Of a stretch of 64,000 nucleotides of DNA, positions 32,390 through 43,900 are shown one piece after another. Every line of letters begins with the position of its first letter. Positions within the stretch are counted from its first letter, which is position 1. The notes beneath the pieces were generated by a model. That model was not told where the DNA came from. It did no database searches and was given only the letters and a program-made list of their open reading frames with translations. The DNA is from Nitrospirales bacterium (GTDB taxonomy: Bacteria > Nitrospirota > Nitrospiria > Nitrospirales > UBA8639), in assembly GCA_963555755.3 (NCBI GenBank), contig OY820905.2:1056001-1120000 (forward strand). The letters run 5' to 3'. The translations under genes and the position numbers were made by a program.

Positions 32390-34293
32390 CAGGGCTATTT
32401 CATATTAAAGTGTAACTTTATAGATAATAAGGAATAATCGATTTAGGCTGGCTTTTTCTTTTCGTTTACGGCATACTCTTTTGCATGCCAGACGAATCGC
32501 CAAGCGGACAGCCGGACATTGATCTGAGGCAAGTCGTGGTTCGCCCAATTGTCCGAGACGAAAAGGACGCCTTCAAGACCCTTCTCGACAGACACCACTA
32601 CCTCGGTCATGCCCCGCTGATTGGCCAATCGATACAATATCTCGCCTGTGTGCAGGATCGCTGGCTGGCCTTGCTGGTGTTTGCGGCGGCGGCCCTCAAA
32701 TCGAGACCGCGAGACCACTGGATCGGCTGGCCCCCCTGTTTTCAATGGCAACGACTCCATTTACTGGCCAACAACACCCGGTTTCTCATGCTGCCGGGCT
32801 GTTCGCAAAAGAACCTCGCCTCGAAAGTCCTGTCGCTCTGCGCGAAACGGATCTCGGCCGATTGGCAACTGTACCACGGCTACCCCTTGCTCCTCTTAGA
32901 GACCTTCGTCGATCCTGCCCGCTTCACCGGGACCTGCTATCGGGCCGCCGGGTGGCACGAGCTCGGTCTGACACGAGGGTTTCGCAAGTCGAACACGTGT
33001 TATGTTCAGCATGAGAGACCGAAGCGCATCCTAGTCGTGCGGCTGCATCCCCAAGCCCGAGAGATCCTTGCACGCCCGATGCTTGATCAGCCCTATCAGA
33101 AAGGAGAAGCGCCTCAGATGAGATTGAATACAAAACAGACGGACTCCCTCTTTACGTATGTGGTGCAGCTGACCGATCCCCGCCATTTGCAAGGGCAACG
33201 GCACACCCGACGCGCCCTCACGGCGATCATGTTCTGTGCCACCTTGTGCGGCGCGCGCGGCTATGAAGCGATCTCGGACTGGGCCCAGCAGTTATCGCAG
33301 CCGATGCGCAAGCGGCTAGGCTGTACTCAGCGAGGGGGGCGCTACCTCGTCCCGAGCCGCAGCACTCTTTACCGCTTTATCACGGCCGTCGACCCCTGTG
33401 AAGTCGATACCCTGCTCGGCCGGTGGCTGGACACCTTCGGCGGGGAGGATCAGGGCATTGCCATTGATGGGAAGACCATGCGGGGGACGTCGAAGGTCCC
33501 AAGCGAACAGACCCACGTCCTCAGCGCCGTCACCCATCAAGCCGGGCGCCACCTCACCCAAAAAAAGTTCACTCCAAGACCAATGAGATCCCCTGCGTGC
33601 GGCCCCTGTTAGATGCGCTCGAGATCGCAGGGAAGGTGATCACGGCGGATGCGCTCCTCACCCAGAAAGAGATTGCCGAGTACCTGGTGCACGAACGCGG
33701 CGCCGACTTCGTCTTCACCGTCAAGGGAAACCAGCCCACCTTGAAGCACGACATTGAGGCCTTAGCGTTGCGAGCACGCCGGTGCGATTATGCCACCACC
33801 GAGAAAGGCCATGGGCAGATCACGACCCGCAGGATCTGGTGCGATGACTCCCTGAATGCCTATGTCAACTTTCCTCATGTCCAGCAAGTCTTCTGCATTG
33901 AGAGGGAAGTGACGCATCTCAAGCAGGGCCTCACGACCGTCGAAGCGGTCTGCGGTGTCACGAGTCAGTCCAAAGACAAGGCGGGGCCGAAGACCATCCT
34001 CTCGCAAAACCGAAAGCATTGGAGTGTGGAGAATAAGCAGCATTATGTGTTGGACGTCACCTTTGATGAAGACAGGAGTCAGATACGAAGTCTCAATGGC
34101 CCAATGGTCATGACCTGTCTGAGACGCTATGCCATCAGTCTCTTACGCCTGAAAGGCTACACCAATATCGCGCAGGCGTGTAGACTGCTCTGGGGCAAGC
34201 CCCATTTAGCCATCCGCATGGCCCTGCCCTGAAAAAGAGGGCACAAAAAACCTCATGGAATCCCTTGCTTATAAAAAGAATGAAATGGCCCTG
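32390..34293 (+). mobile_element. ISAs1-family element with DUF4338 domain, copy 2
   Basis: Same TIRs as copy 1; many scattered substitutions relative to copy 1. Confidence 0.9.
32485..34232 (+). CDS. DUF4338-ISAs1 transposase (ORFs 32485-33612 and 33597-34232 joined by a -1 frameshift)
   Basis: Same motifs as copy 1; A_AAA_AAG at 33561-33567. Confidence 0.88.
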
Positions 34294-34367
34294 CAAGACG
34301 ATGGGAACAGTGGAAAAGACCACAAGACACGGGAAGCTGCACCCTGCAAGAAGGCTATGGATGCTTA

Positions 34368-34437
34368 GGGCTCGCGCTAGAATACCTTCCCCTGTTTGAG
34401 CGTCGATCCATCCTGTCTGGCGGCGTTGCGCGAACCC
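34368..34437. mobile_element. Internally deleted MITE family C
   Basis: GGGCTCGCGC...GCGCGAACCC flanked by TTA on both sides. Confidence 0.65.
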
Positions 34438-34639
34438 TTACAATTCGGAAAAAGAGCCAGCCCTAATAAGAAAAGGGGAAACCATCACAACCATCAAAAA
34501 TTCTTGTGAACTATCTTACTGAACTCAGAGGAAAATTGAGATACACTGGACTGTAACGACCTAATGAAATTTGTCACAATGTGTACCAGGCAGGGACACA
34601 GACAAGATTCAAAACCATGAATCGCCGAATGGGTTAAAG

Positions 34640-35740
34640 ATGTTGTATCCTCACCCGCTAAAAACATCCTTCGGGGCAATTGCGCTCGTCCTTTTCCTCT
34701 GCTCGGAGAGCCTCATCAGCATAGCATGGGGTCAAGAAATCTTCACACCCCGACGACCCATTGCTTCATTGGTCAAAGCCCACACGATTTATCTTCAGAC
34801 CGAAGTTGTCAAAGGAGGGATTCAGATTGACCCTCAACCGGTTACCGATGTGATCACGCAACGATTCCAGAAAGTGGGCTATACGATCGTGACCAACTTC
34901 AACTCCCCGCATGACGTGACCGTATCTTTTCAATGTGAGGAACCTATACGCATCCAACCACCAACCAATTCCACAGAGAAATACGCTCTCCAAATCTCAG
35001 GTCCCCCCTGCCTCTTTCACTATGCCGTCCAGGAAAAACCTGTAGACTGGCAACGTATTGATATCATTATCTATAACGAAGGAGTCCAAGCAGCCGAATC
35101 CCTCAATCGCATGACCACCGGCTTCCCATCCATGGCCCACGCAGCTCCACTCTCCAGCCAGTATCTTGAAGTGTTGGATTTTCCAACCCTTTTGTCCGCT
35201 GAATGGGGACAAGTGCCACGCCTCGTGGTTTTATTAGAAAACTCCCAGACATCACTTCAAAGACGGAAAAAAATCATTGCACTTCTCGGGGAGATTCAGG
35301 CCGAACAGGCCCTCCCTTGCTTGTTGGATTTACTCAGCAACTCGACCCTTCAAATTGATGCGGCTTGGGCATTGGGGAACTTTGGGGCTCAGGCTCAGGA
35401 ACCGCTCATCACACTCCTTCAAACCCACCCCGATGAAAAAATGCAAGCCGCAGCTGCACAAAGTTTGGGACGTATTGGCGCTGCCACCGGAGACACGAGT
35501 CTGACTCCTCTGTACATAGAACTCTTGAAAAAGCCAGGCCTGGACATTCAAGTAAAAACAGAGATCGTCTGGGCCATCGGCAAATCCCCAGACTTCCGAG
35601 CGCACGCGGCACTTGAAGCACTGGAAAGCCAAATCTGGCAAATTCGATCAAATGAGCCGGAATTGCAGAAACTACGGGAGGCTGTGGATTGGAGTATTCG
35701 AGAAGTGCGACAGGGAGGACATACGGGAGCGTACTATTAA
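34640..35740 (+). CDS. Secreted HEAT repeat protein
   Basis: Hydrophobic N-terminus; AAWALGNFG, AAAQSLGRIG, IVWAIGK repeats; start uncertain. Confidence 0.8.
   Translation: MLYPHPLKTSFGAIALVLFLCSESLISIAWGQEIFTPRRPIASLVKAHTIYLQTEVVKGGIQIDPQPVTDVITQRFQKVGYTIVTNFNSPHDVTVSFQCEEPIRIQPPTNSTEKYALQISGPPCLFHYAVQEKPVDWQRIDIIIYNEGVQAAESLNRMTTGFPSMAHAAPLSSQYLEVLDFPTLLSAEWGQVPRLVVLLENSQTSLQRRKKIIALLGEIQAEQALPCLLDLLSNSTLQIDAAWALGNFGAQAQEPLITLLQTHPDEKMQAAAAQSLGRIGAATGDTSLTPLYIELLKKPGLDIQVKTEIVWAIGKSPDFRAHAALEALESQIWQIRSNEPELQKLREAVDWSIREVRQGGHTGAYY
35642..35706 (+). repeat. 65-bp direct repeat, left copy (attL-like)
   Basis: Identical to 49828-49892. Confidence 0.9.
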
Positions 35741-35759
35741 CTTACCTATCTCTCCTCAC

Positions 35760-36065
35760 TCAATCATGAAACTGCCCTTTCACCAGATGACGTAATTCAT
35801 GCCCGCAGGTTCGAAGCGCTTGGGGAGACTCATTATTCGGGCACCAGATTTCATTTCGAACGGGATTCACCTTTGAGGGCCCCAGGTAGCCTCGTGCGCG
35901 AGCTGCCAAATTAATTGATTCTTCATCAGCGTAAATGATGGTGGTCCTAATTTGATGACGTTCCATTGGACCAGAAGTGGAGGAACACACCATTAGGAAA
36001 CTGAAATAAACCCCGATAGCTAAAAAGATCACAGACTTTCCAAAAATGGACAACATTGGCTCCAT
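35760..36065 (-). CDS. Small hypothetical exported protein with HExxH motif
   Basis: GAGGA before ATG 36065; hydrophobic N-terminus; CGHELRH. Confidence 0.5.
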   Translation of the reverse strand: MEPMLSIFGKSVIFLAIGVYFSFLMVCSSTSGPMERHQIRTTIIYADEESINLAARARGYLGPSKVNPVRNEIWCPNNESPQALRTCGHELRHLVKGQFHD

Positions 36066-36206
36066 TCCTCTAATTGGACAGCAGTGAAGGCATTCCAATG
36101 GTCAGAAGAACAAACGGTTTCTTAATGAGGAACGCGAAACGAGGCTGGAGGGGGATATACCTGAGGAATGAGGGATTTGCGTTGGCCGTCAGTCAACAGA
36201 AATAAT

Positions 36207-36370
36207 CCTAGAAACGGCAGTTGGGCGCAAAAAAGCCGTGTAAGCTATTGGTGTGCATGGTGAAATAAAAAAAGTCGTAGTCACCTTCGTGGTGATGAGA
36301 CATTTTTTTATTTTGCCAGGTGCGCCAATAATCTTACACGTCTTTTTTGCGCCCAACTGCTGTTTCTAGG
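36207..36370. mobile_element. MITE family A variant truncating an IS1380 remnant
   Basis: CCTAGAAACGGCAGTTGG / CCAACTGCTGTTTCTAGG; flanks ATAAT and TTCAA do not match. Confidence 0.8.
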
Positions 36371-37188
36371 TTCAACTGGTGTGAGGAGCATGCGGTGACG
36401 TTTGCGATTGGGGGCGTGCAGGATACAGCCGTGCAGGCCGCCATTGCGGCGAGCCCTGACACTCAGGGGCAACCCTATCGGGATGGGCACCTCGCTGAAA
36501 CCGTGCATGGTATGGCCAAGACCACGCACGCCTTTCGGCTCATCGTGCTGCGCCGACCCGTGCAACAGGATCTGTTTGCCCCCGAGGCCCCCAGCCTGCG
36601 CTACACGCTGATTGCGACGAACCGAGACGGAACCCTCGAGGAGATTGTGCGGTGGTACACCCAGCGGGGCGAGACCAGCGAGAATCGCATCAACGAACTG
36701 AAGATTGGCTTTGGCAGGGAACGACTGCCGTGTGGGCCCTTTGCGGCCCATGCCGTCTTCTTTCGCATTGGCGTGTTAGCCTACAACCTGTTTGTGGTGG
36801 TCAAGTTGTTGGCGGTGCCCCATGCCTGGAGCCGGTGCCCAGTGCGTACGGGGCGGTGGCGGCTCTATCAGGTGGCGGGCAAAGTGCGCCGGCATGCCGG
36901 CGCAGTCATTCGCAAAGTGCCGCATTGGTTATGGGGCTTGTGTGAAGAGATTCGCACGCGCTGTGCGGAAGCCGCCCAGGCATAAGCCGGGGCAGGAAGC
37001 AGACGCGAGAGGCAGTATGAAAGGAGCAGTGTGCCCAGAAGGAGCCGGTTGAACCCATTGCGGCAAGGAACCCCTTGGATGCGGCCTCGGATCCAGCAAG
37101 AACATTGCTCATGCGACTTCTCTAGTGGATAACAAAGGTGGTTTCCGCCACAGAAGTCTTGTTAACAAAATCCATCGCGGATTTTGGG
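36371..37188 (+). pseudogene. IS1380 family transposase 3' remnant with probable right end
   Basis: YTQRGETSENRINELKIGFG.ERLPCG.F.A.AVFFRIGVLAYNL, RWRLYQVAGKV; stop at 36985; ATCGCGGATTTTGGG end at 37188. Confidence 0.8.
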
Positions 37189-37415
37189 TATCGCGTTCCT
37201 CTCGCTCTCCGGCCTCAGTTTTGGTACTCTCACTCATCGTGGCGTCTCTCCTTTGTGGTTGAAGGTGGATGTTGGCGAACAACCATTTCAACCCGAGACG
37301 CCGCGTTTTTTCAATCCACCTCAGACACGACTTTCAAGTATCGCTCCGCATGGCGACCATGGCGGAGGTGTCCAATGTCGTATTCATTTGCCATAACAAA
37401 AGAAAGGAATCACGC

Positions 37416-38669
37416 ATGACCACGACCATGACAAGGTTACCGATCTCTCCTTCGAACGATGTGTGGAAACGATACACGATCCTCATCGTAGATGATGAGT
37501 CCTTCGTCCTGGATGAGCTTTATAGGGTCTTGACACACGAAGGTTTTTCCGTCGCCAAAGCAAGAAGTGGTGAGGAGGGCTTACAGCTCTTGAGCGAGGT
37601 GTCGCCTCAGTTGGTCATTGCGGATCAAAAAATGCCTGCCGGCATGAGTGGGACAGAGTTTTTGGCACAGGTCAAAGCCCGCCACCCTGATATGATGACA
37701 ATGATTCTCTCGGCCTATTCTGAGCCGGACTATCTCCTGGATGCCGTGAATGAAGCGGGTGTCTATCAGTATGTCTTGAAACCCTGGGATGAAACGGATC
37801 TTGTCGCTCGTGTCTCCCAGGCCCTGCAGTTTTCTCATGCGCAAGTGGAGCGCCGCCGTTTAGCTGAGGCCAATGCACGATTGCTGAAAAATATGACGCA
37901 GCGGGAATATTTCTCTCTGATGGGAGAATTCAGCGCGGCCATGTATGACCGGTTCTTTCCTGTGCTCGAAGCCAGCCTGCACGCGGAAAGGCATAAACTC
38001 AACCAGTTTACCAAGCGTTCATTCCTGTCCGCCAGTGAGGAAGGCTTTTCCCATTTGGGCATCGTGATCAGTCGGTTTGGTCAGGTGGGCAACATGTATC
38101 AGCAGCCCTCTCACTTCCGACGACTTCCCATAGAGCCGCTGGTTCACGGTTGTGTGAAGGAGGCCCAAGATGCCGTGAAACCATTAGGCCTCTCTGTTGA
38201 GTGGAAGGAGGACTATGCCCCCAATCTCCCTCATTTACTCATTCAGCCGACCGTCTTGTCGTACGCAATCAAAGCTCTCCTTGAAAATGCAGTGATTTTT
38301 AATGTGAGGAAGACGATTGATTCTCCTCGGCTTGTGTCGGTCACCGTGTCTTTCATGGCTGAGCCCGAGCCCCTCGTGCGTATTCAGGTGCAGGACAACG
38401 GGCCAGGGGTGGATCCTTTTGAACAGGACAAAATCTTTTTTCCCCTCTATTCCACGTGTCTTCCGAAAACAGCTCCCAGGATACAGCCCTATTCGCTGAG
38501 TGAATACAATTTGGGGATCTACCACCATATGGGCTTAGGGCTCTTCATTGCACGATGGGGCCTGATCCAACACCATGGCAACGTGGAATTGACCAGCTCC
38601 AGTGAATCGGGATCGGTTTTCCAGGCGGAAATTCCGATCGACCCGTCTGATCTGGCCGTCAAAATGTAG
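37416..38669 (+). CDS. Receiver domain + HATPase_c protein lacking the H-box His
   Basis: ILIVDDE, IADQKMP, KPW; LLENAV, VQDNGPG, GLGLFI; H-box region reads GEFSAAMYDRFFPVL; AAGGA before ATG 37416. Confidence 0.8.
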   Translation: MTTTMTRLPISPSNDVWKRYTILIVDDESFVLDELYRVLTHEGFSVAKARSGEEGLQLLSEVSPQLVIADQKMPAGMSGTEFLAQVKARHPDMMTMILSAYSEPDYLLDAVNEAGVYQYVLKPWDETDLVARVSQALQFSHAQVERRRLAEANARLLKNMTQREYFSLMGEFSAAMYDRFFPVLEASLHAERHKLNQFTKRSFLSASEEGFSHLGIVISRFGQVGNMYQQPSHFRRLPIEPLVHGCVKEAQDAVKPLGLSVEWKEDYAPNLPHLLIQPTVLSYAIKALLENAVIFNVRKTIDSPRLVSVTVSFMAEPEPLVRIQVQDNGPGVDPFEQDKIFFPLYSTCLPKTAPRIQPYSLSEYNLGIYHHMGLGLFIARWGLIQHHGNVELTSSSESGSVFQAEIPIDPSDLAVKM

Positions 38670-38694
38670 ATATCGCCTGCTGGGTAAGGCTTTT

Positions 38695-38879
38695 TCAGTC
38701 ATTCGTAAATGAAGGTCAACCCGGAAGAGTACCGTGTTCTCAAAACACCTGCTCAATCGAACTGCGGTATCGACTGAAATCCCCCGCCGTCCCTTAATCT
38801 TGCCCGTGATCCTATTGGGCGGGATTCCTATCGTGTGTGCTGAAGAAGTCGCTGTCGGTCCGAGAGGTTTGGTGGTCAT
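38695..38879 (-). pseudogene. Degenerate HigA-type antitoxin fragment
   Basis: IGIPPNRITGKIKGRRGISVDTAVRLSRCF resembles the HigA HTH; no toxin gene seen. Confidence 0.6.
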
Positions 38880-38972
38880 TTTTGACTACAACAACTCGCT
38901 GTAGACGATGAGTAACGTTTCAAGGACAGTCACGAGAGTCTTCTGCTCTTCCCTGTGTATGAAGGTCTCGGC

Positions 38973-39725
38973 CTATAGCAAGGGGATAAATTTTTCTAAG
39001 GCGATTCTCAGCTTCTCAAGCTTTAATGGTTTCGTGATGAGATCATTCATGCCCGCTTGCAAACAGGTTCCTCGTTCATCTTCCGCAATACTAGCGGTTA
39101 AGGCGATAATGGGAATTTTCCCGGCGCCGGCTTCCATCTGTCGAATAATTGATGCCGCTTGATAACCATCGAGTTCCGGCAGACGGCAATCCATGAAAAT
39201 GAGGTCATAGGACGTCGCTTGCCATCGATCGATGGCCGCTTGCCCATTGTCCGCAATATCCACGTGGCAGCCTAATAGTTCCAGCATGTCCACGGCCACT
39301 TGTTGATGGATCCGCTCGTTCTCAGCAAGGAGCACGCGAATCATCCGGTCTGGTTGCTGTGGTTGATGAAGGTTGGGCCAACCCTCCTTTGAAAGGGAGG
39401 GCGTCGGCTTTTTGAGGGCGACAGACTGTGAGTGATCCGTCAGTTGTGCTAAAAAGGTATTGATAATCGCCTGCATCTTATCGAGGTATTCCTCCATCAT
39501 GTTGGGCATTTCAGTGAACAGCTGTTGGGCGCGCGGTGGGATCTCTTGTACGGCATGGCCTTGTTTTATAGCCTGTTGATAACCTTCCAGTACCATGGGT
39601 AAATACTGCTTGAGGTTCCTCGCGCAGATGTTCATATAGAGTAAGGGAGAACAGATATCATGCACGAAGGTCGCCCGTATTTCCTTAATGGTTTTGTCGG
39701 ACATCTTGTCTTCCATCGCATCCAT
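38973..39725 (-). CDS. HisKA/DHp-like domain + receiver domain protein (no ATPase domain)
   Basis: ATFVHDICSPLL H-box; YDLIFMDCRLPELDGY, IIALTA, CLQAGMNDLITKP. Confidence 0.82.
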   Translation of the reverse strand: MDAMEDKMSDKTIKEIRATFVHDICSPLLYMNICARNLKQYLPMVLEGYQQAIKQGHAVQEIPPRAQQLFTEMPNMMEEYLDKMQAIINTFLAQLTDHSQSVALKKPTPSLSKEGWPNLHQPQQPDRMIRVLLAENERIHQQVAVDMLELLGCHVDIADNGQAAIDRWQATSYDLIFMDCRLPELDGYQAASIIRQMEAGAGKIPIIALTASIAEDERGTCLQAGMNDLITKPLKLEKLRIALEKFIPLL

Positions 39726-40177
39726 CTCCCCTGGTTTTAGCGTCCCGGTGCCTGGTCAAAAAAAGAATCAAGACGGTAATGGCGATGAAAGTTATAACAA
39801 GCTGAAATATCTACCGTCAAAAATAAACTCAGCCGATACTTACAAAATGTCCGTCATGACGTATGGTTGAGGGTGTTGATCGACCTGTGGACGGGATTGT
39901 TCCAGTGGGGTTGGCCTCCCAGAACCCTGGGGACTGGCTGGGAAAGAAATAGGAATGATAAAAGGCTTCTTTGCCCGGGCGGAAAAGTCCTAAAGACGTC
40001 ACCGGAGGATCAATTTCCGGACTCCGGTCCGCCGGGCGAGATTTCACCCTGTGAGGAGGGGCTGACCGGCCCTTGGAGCTAGGATGTTGTTATCAGGATG
40101 GCGATACGATGTGGCGGATGGAATGGGGCACGGAGAGCCTGTGAAAGAATTCTCTTTGCAGAAGGACCTGGTTTTTA

Positions 40178-40534
40178 CGGACCAGTTGCAATTTTGGTGG
40201 AATTGGGACCTATTCCATGGCCCACCGCAGGTCATGGGGACCGTGTTGAGGGGTGAACAGCCTGCTCAGGCGTGGCAGGAATGGCGAGATTTCTCCCAAG
40301 GGTCGAAATGACAAGAGGCGGAAGTGGTAAGGAGCAAGTCTGGTTGGATGAACAACTAGAAGGCTTCTTTCTGTCATTTCGAGTGCAAGGAGAAATCGCT
40401 TGGCCCGAAAGAACGTGACCCGGGCGGGAATGGGGGAGAGTTCTCCCAAGGGTCAAAATGACAATGGACGAGGGGTGATACGGGCGGAGTGTCATAGGGT
40501 TTCGCCTTACTCCACCAAAATTGGGATTGATCCG
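40178..40534. mobile_element. 357-bp MITE family F, copy 2 (inverted)
   Basis: Reverse complement of 2232-2588; 6-bp TSD TTTTTA at 40172-40177 and 40535-40540. Confidence 0.85.
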
Positions 40535-40997
40535 TTTTTACCATGGGTTGTTATCAAGGCCCATGCCCGTGTGGTTTGTCCTTCCAATTGTGAGTGTTTT
40601 TTCCCAGCCACGTCTGAAACCCTGGAAGGCCGTCCATGATCCCGAGCCCTTACCGGCACGCTCTGGTAAACGGCCCGAGGCTAACGGAATACCATCGGCT
40701 TCGTTCCGGTTCACTCTCTGACCCCCCTCTCCCCTTAGGCCTCAGCAACCGAAAACGTCTCATTTCATTTTAAGGTAGATAACCGTAGATACATGAAAAG
40801 TTTAACCTTCTGTCAGGACATTAGGTAAATGGCTTTAAGAACACCCATTTGGATATAGGGAAGCCTCGGTTATTTTAGGTAAGGTCCATACACTTTGTGG
40901 ATCGCGGTTTTTATTCATCCCAGCATCTCATTTTCTCATTTTCCATGAAAGTCGCAAAACGTGTGTTATCGTCAACCTCGAACGAAAGGGACAGACC

Positions 40998-43900
40998 ATG
41001 AGTCACTATCACTTAGGCATTAATCTTAGCCATGATCGCGCCGCAGCGTTAGTATCCGAGGGAAAATTTTTGACAGCGATTCAGCAAGAACGGCTGGATC
41101 GTCACAAGTACAGCCTCGGGCTTCTCCAACAATCGGTCGATGATCCCAAGGCCGTTCAACTCCCGATGGAAGCGATCCTCTACTGCCTTGAACATCACAA
41201 CCTTGACCTAGCCGACGTGGACACCATTACCGCCAACATGCCGGGAATCGATTGGAGCTCTCATATCTTAAAAAGGTGTTTACCTCAAAAGGTTGCGCAT
41301 AAGATTCGATCGATTCCCAGCCACCATCTCGCACATGCCTATAGCGCCTATTGGCCTTCCGGATTTGATGAGGCTGTGATCGTCGTCGTCGATGGCAGCG
41401 GCTCGACCCATGCACACAACACGGAATCCTATTCATTGTATGAAGGGCGAAACGAGAAGATCATCCCATTGCATACGGAATATGTCCCTGCTCATCTGGC
41501 GGAACTCTCCACTCTGGGATTTTTGTATGAATATGTCACGCGCAAGGCAGGCTTTGTGACGAAGACGGGATCCAAGCTCGCCATTCCCGAAGCGGGAAAA
41601 TTAATGGGGTTAGCCCCCTATGGGAAACACCAATCACACTGGCAGGGCTGGATACATACTAAACCTAGAAACAGCAGTTGGATCACAAAAGTCCGCGCAA
41701 GTTCTTGACGCACCTGGCAAAATAAAAAAATGTCTCATCACCACCGAGGTGACCTCGACTTTTTTTATTTCACCATGTACGCCAATACCTTACACGTCTT
41801 TTTTGCGCCCAACTGCCGTTTCTAGGCTAAAGCCAACAGTTATAGCCTGGCCATTTCCGCCTATGACATTTTTCTGGAAATCGCCGCCCTCGAAAAACGC
41901 TATGACACTCAGGAGGGCAAGGCGTATCTTCGACCCTATCTTGTGGATCTTGCCTTTAAGGTACAGAAAGAATTGGAGGAGGCCCTCTTCCATATTGTTG
42001 GTCTGGCGGTCAGACAGACAGGCATTCGTAAGGTATGCCTGGCGGGCGGTGTGGCCTTGAACTCCGTGGCTAATTATAAGCTGCTGACACAATTGGGGTT
42101 GGAAGATATATTTATCTTCCCCGCAGCTGGGGACTCAGGGATAGCCGCCGGATGTGCATTGTGGGCCTATGCCACGGAAGGACAGGGCACACAACGACAC
42201 CCATTCAAAACCGCAAACCTCGGGCGTCCGTACTCATCCGACGAAATACGACAGGCGTTGGAAAAATTTTCACATGGCCTCGACATTCACGAATGTACCT
42301 CGGCACAAATCATCGAACACTCCGCACGAGCGATGGCGAAAGGACATATCATCGCCAGATTTGCGGGAGGTTCCGAATACGGACCGCGGGCGTTAGGGTA
42401 TCGCTCAATCCTGGCGGATCCGCATTTTTCCAAAATGAAAGATATTATCAATGCCCGGGTAAAATTCCGCGAAGCCTTCCGTCCGTTCGCCCCTGTCGTA
42501 CCCGAAGAAAAGGTAGGCGATATCTTCGAGCACACCCACCCGTCACCCTTTATGTTACTGATCTCACCAATCAAACCGGAATATCAGGCACACATCCCTG
42601 GCGTATCGCACCATGATGGCACGGGACGCTTACAGACCACGACCCGTGAGACACACCCCTTTCTCTATCAGCTCTGTTGGGCCATCACGACCATCCGGGG
42701 AGGGCTACCCGTTTTGCTGAATACGAGTTTTAACATGGCCGGCCAACCGATTGTTGAAACACCCGAAGAAGCCATTGAAATGTTTTTACAGACGGATATC
42801 GATTACCTCTGTTTGGAAAACTTGTGGATCACCAAACGTGACTGCCCGGTCAAGGCCTATGAAGATCATCTGGCAACCGTCAAAAAGAATCCTCATCCTC
42901 AAGGACTCGCGCCCGAACAACCGCCGGTGACGGACCTCATGAAAAAACTCGATCGCGCGTTGTTTTTTGGAGACATGGATTAATGCCCGTGGTCCTTGGA
43001 AGAGGTAACCGCACTTTCTTCACAAGGCGGTAAATACAAGGAGACCACCCGATTATTTCCGGAGAATCCATTCCACCGTCCCTTTAGTACCCATCTGTCT
43101 TCAGGTGTTGTCTTACTATTGGATCCCATGAATCAGTCTCATTTAATTGACCTGAGTTACAAAAAGAAACCAGCCAGGTATTCCTTTAGGCAAGTGCGAT
43201 TGCTGATGGCCTTGCTGGGCAATTCTTCTGATTGCCTGGACGCATTACGGATTGAAGCACAATACAGCACATCGGAATGGGAAAAAGAAATCCATTGGGG
43301 AACACAACAACTCCAGGCGTACGATTTGCCGACGATACCTTGTAAGCCGATTCCCCCGGATGATGCTCTTTCGGCACATAACACTCACACCCTGGCCCCC
43401 TTTGAAAACGAGGAATACTCTTTACGACACATCCTGCGACAGATTCGCGATGTGCTCCTGCGCAGCGAGTATACGGAAATCCATATTTGCACACTCCTTG
43501 GTCTCGATGCCCTCCAACAAATTGACCCCACCCATTTACACTATTACAATCGTTTTGTCCTGCCTGATACCGATCTCGCAGACTTGATTCGTGTTTTCTT
43601 GTTGCGTGTTGCCCTGCCTCGTCCAAAGCTGGAGACCCTGTTCGGCCAAGCCTGTTTCCAAACCCTCAGGCATCTTGGGGTACTCATCCCACGCGGGGAA
43701 GCCTTCGCGTCCCGTATCGATCTCTATGACGTGGATGGGTTTTTTATCGGGACGGATCACCGATATATGCTCCTGGATGAAGATCGAATCGCCGAAGATC
43801 CCGTCATGTATGTCGGGTTGGATAGCCTAGGCTTAGTGAATACGGCCCCACGTGATCCAGCCAATCACCTGTTGGATTTATGCACGGGATCCGGAGTACA

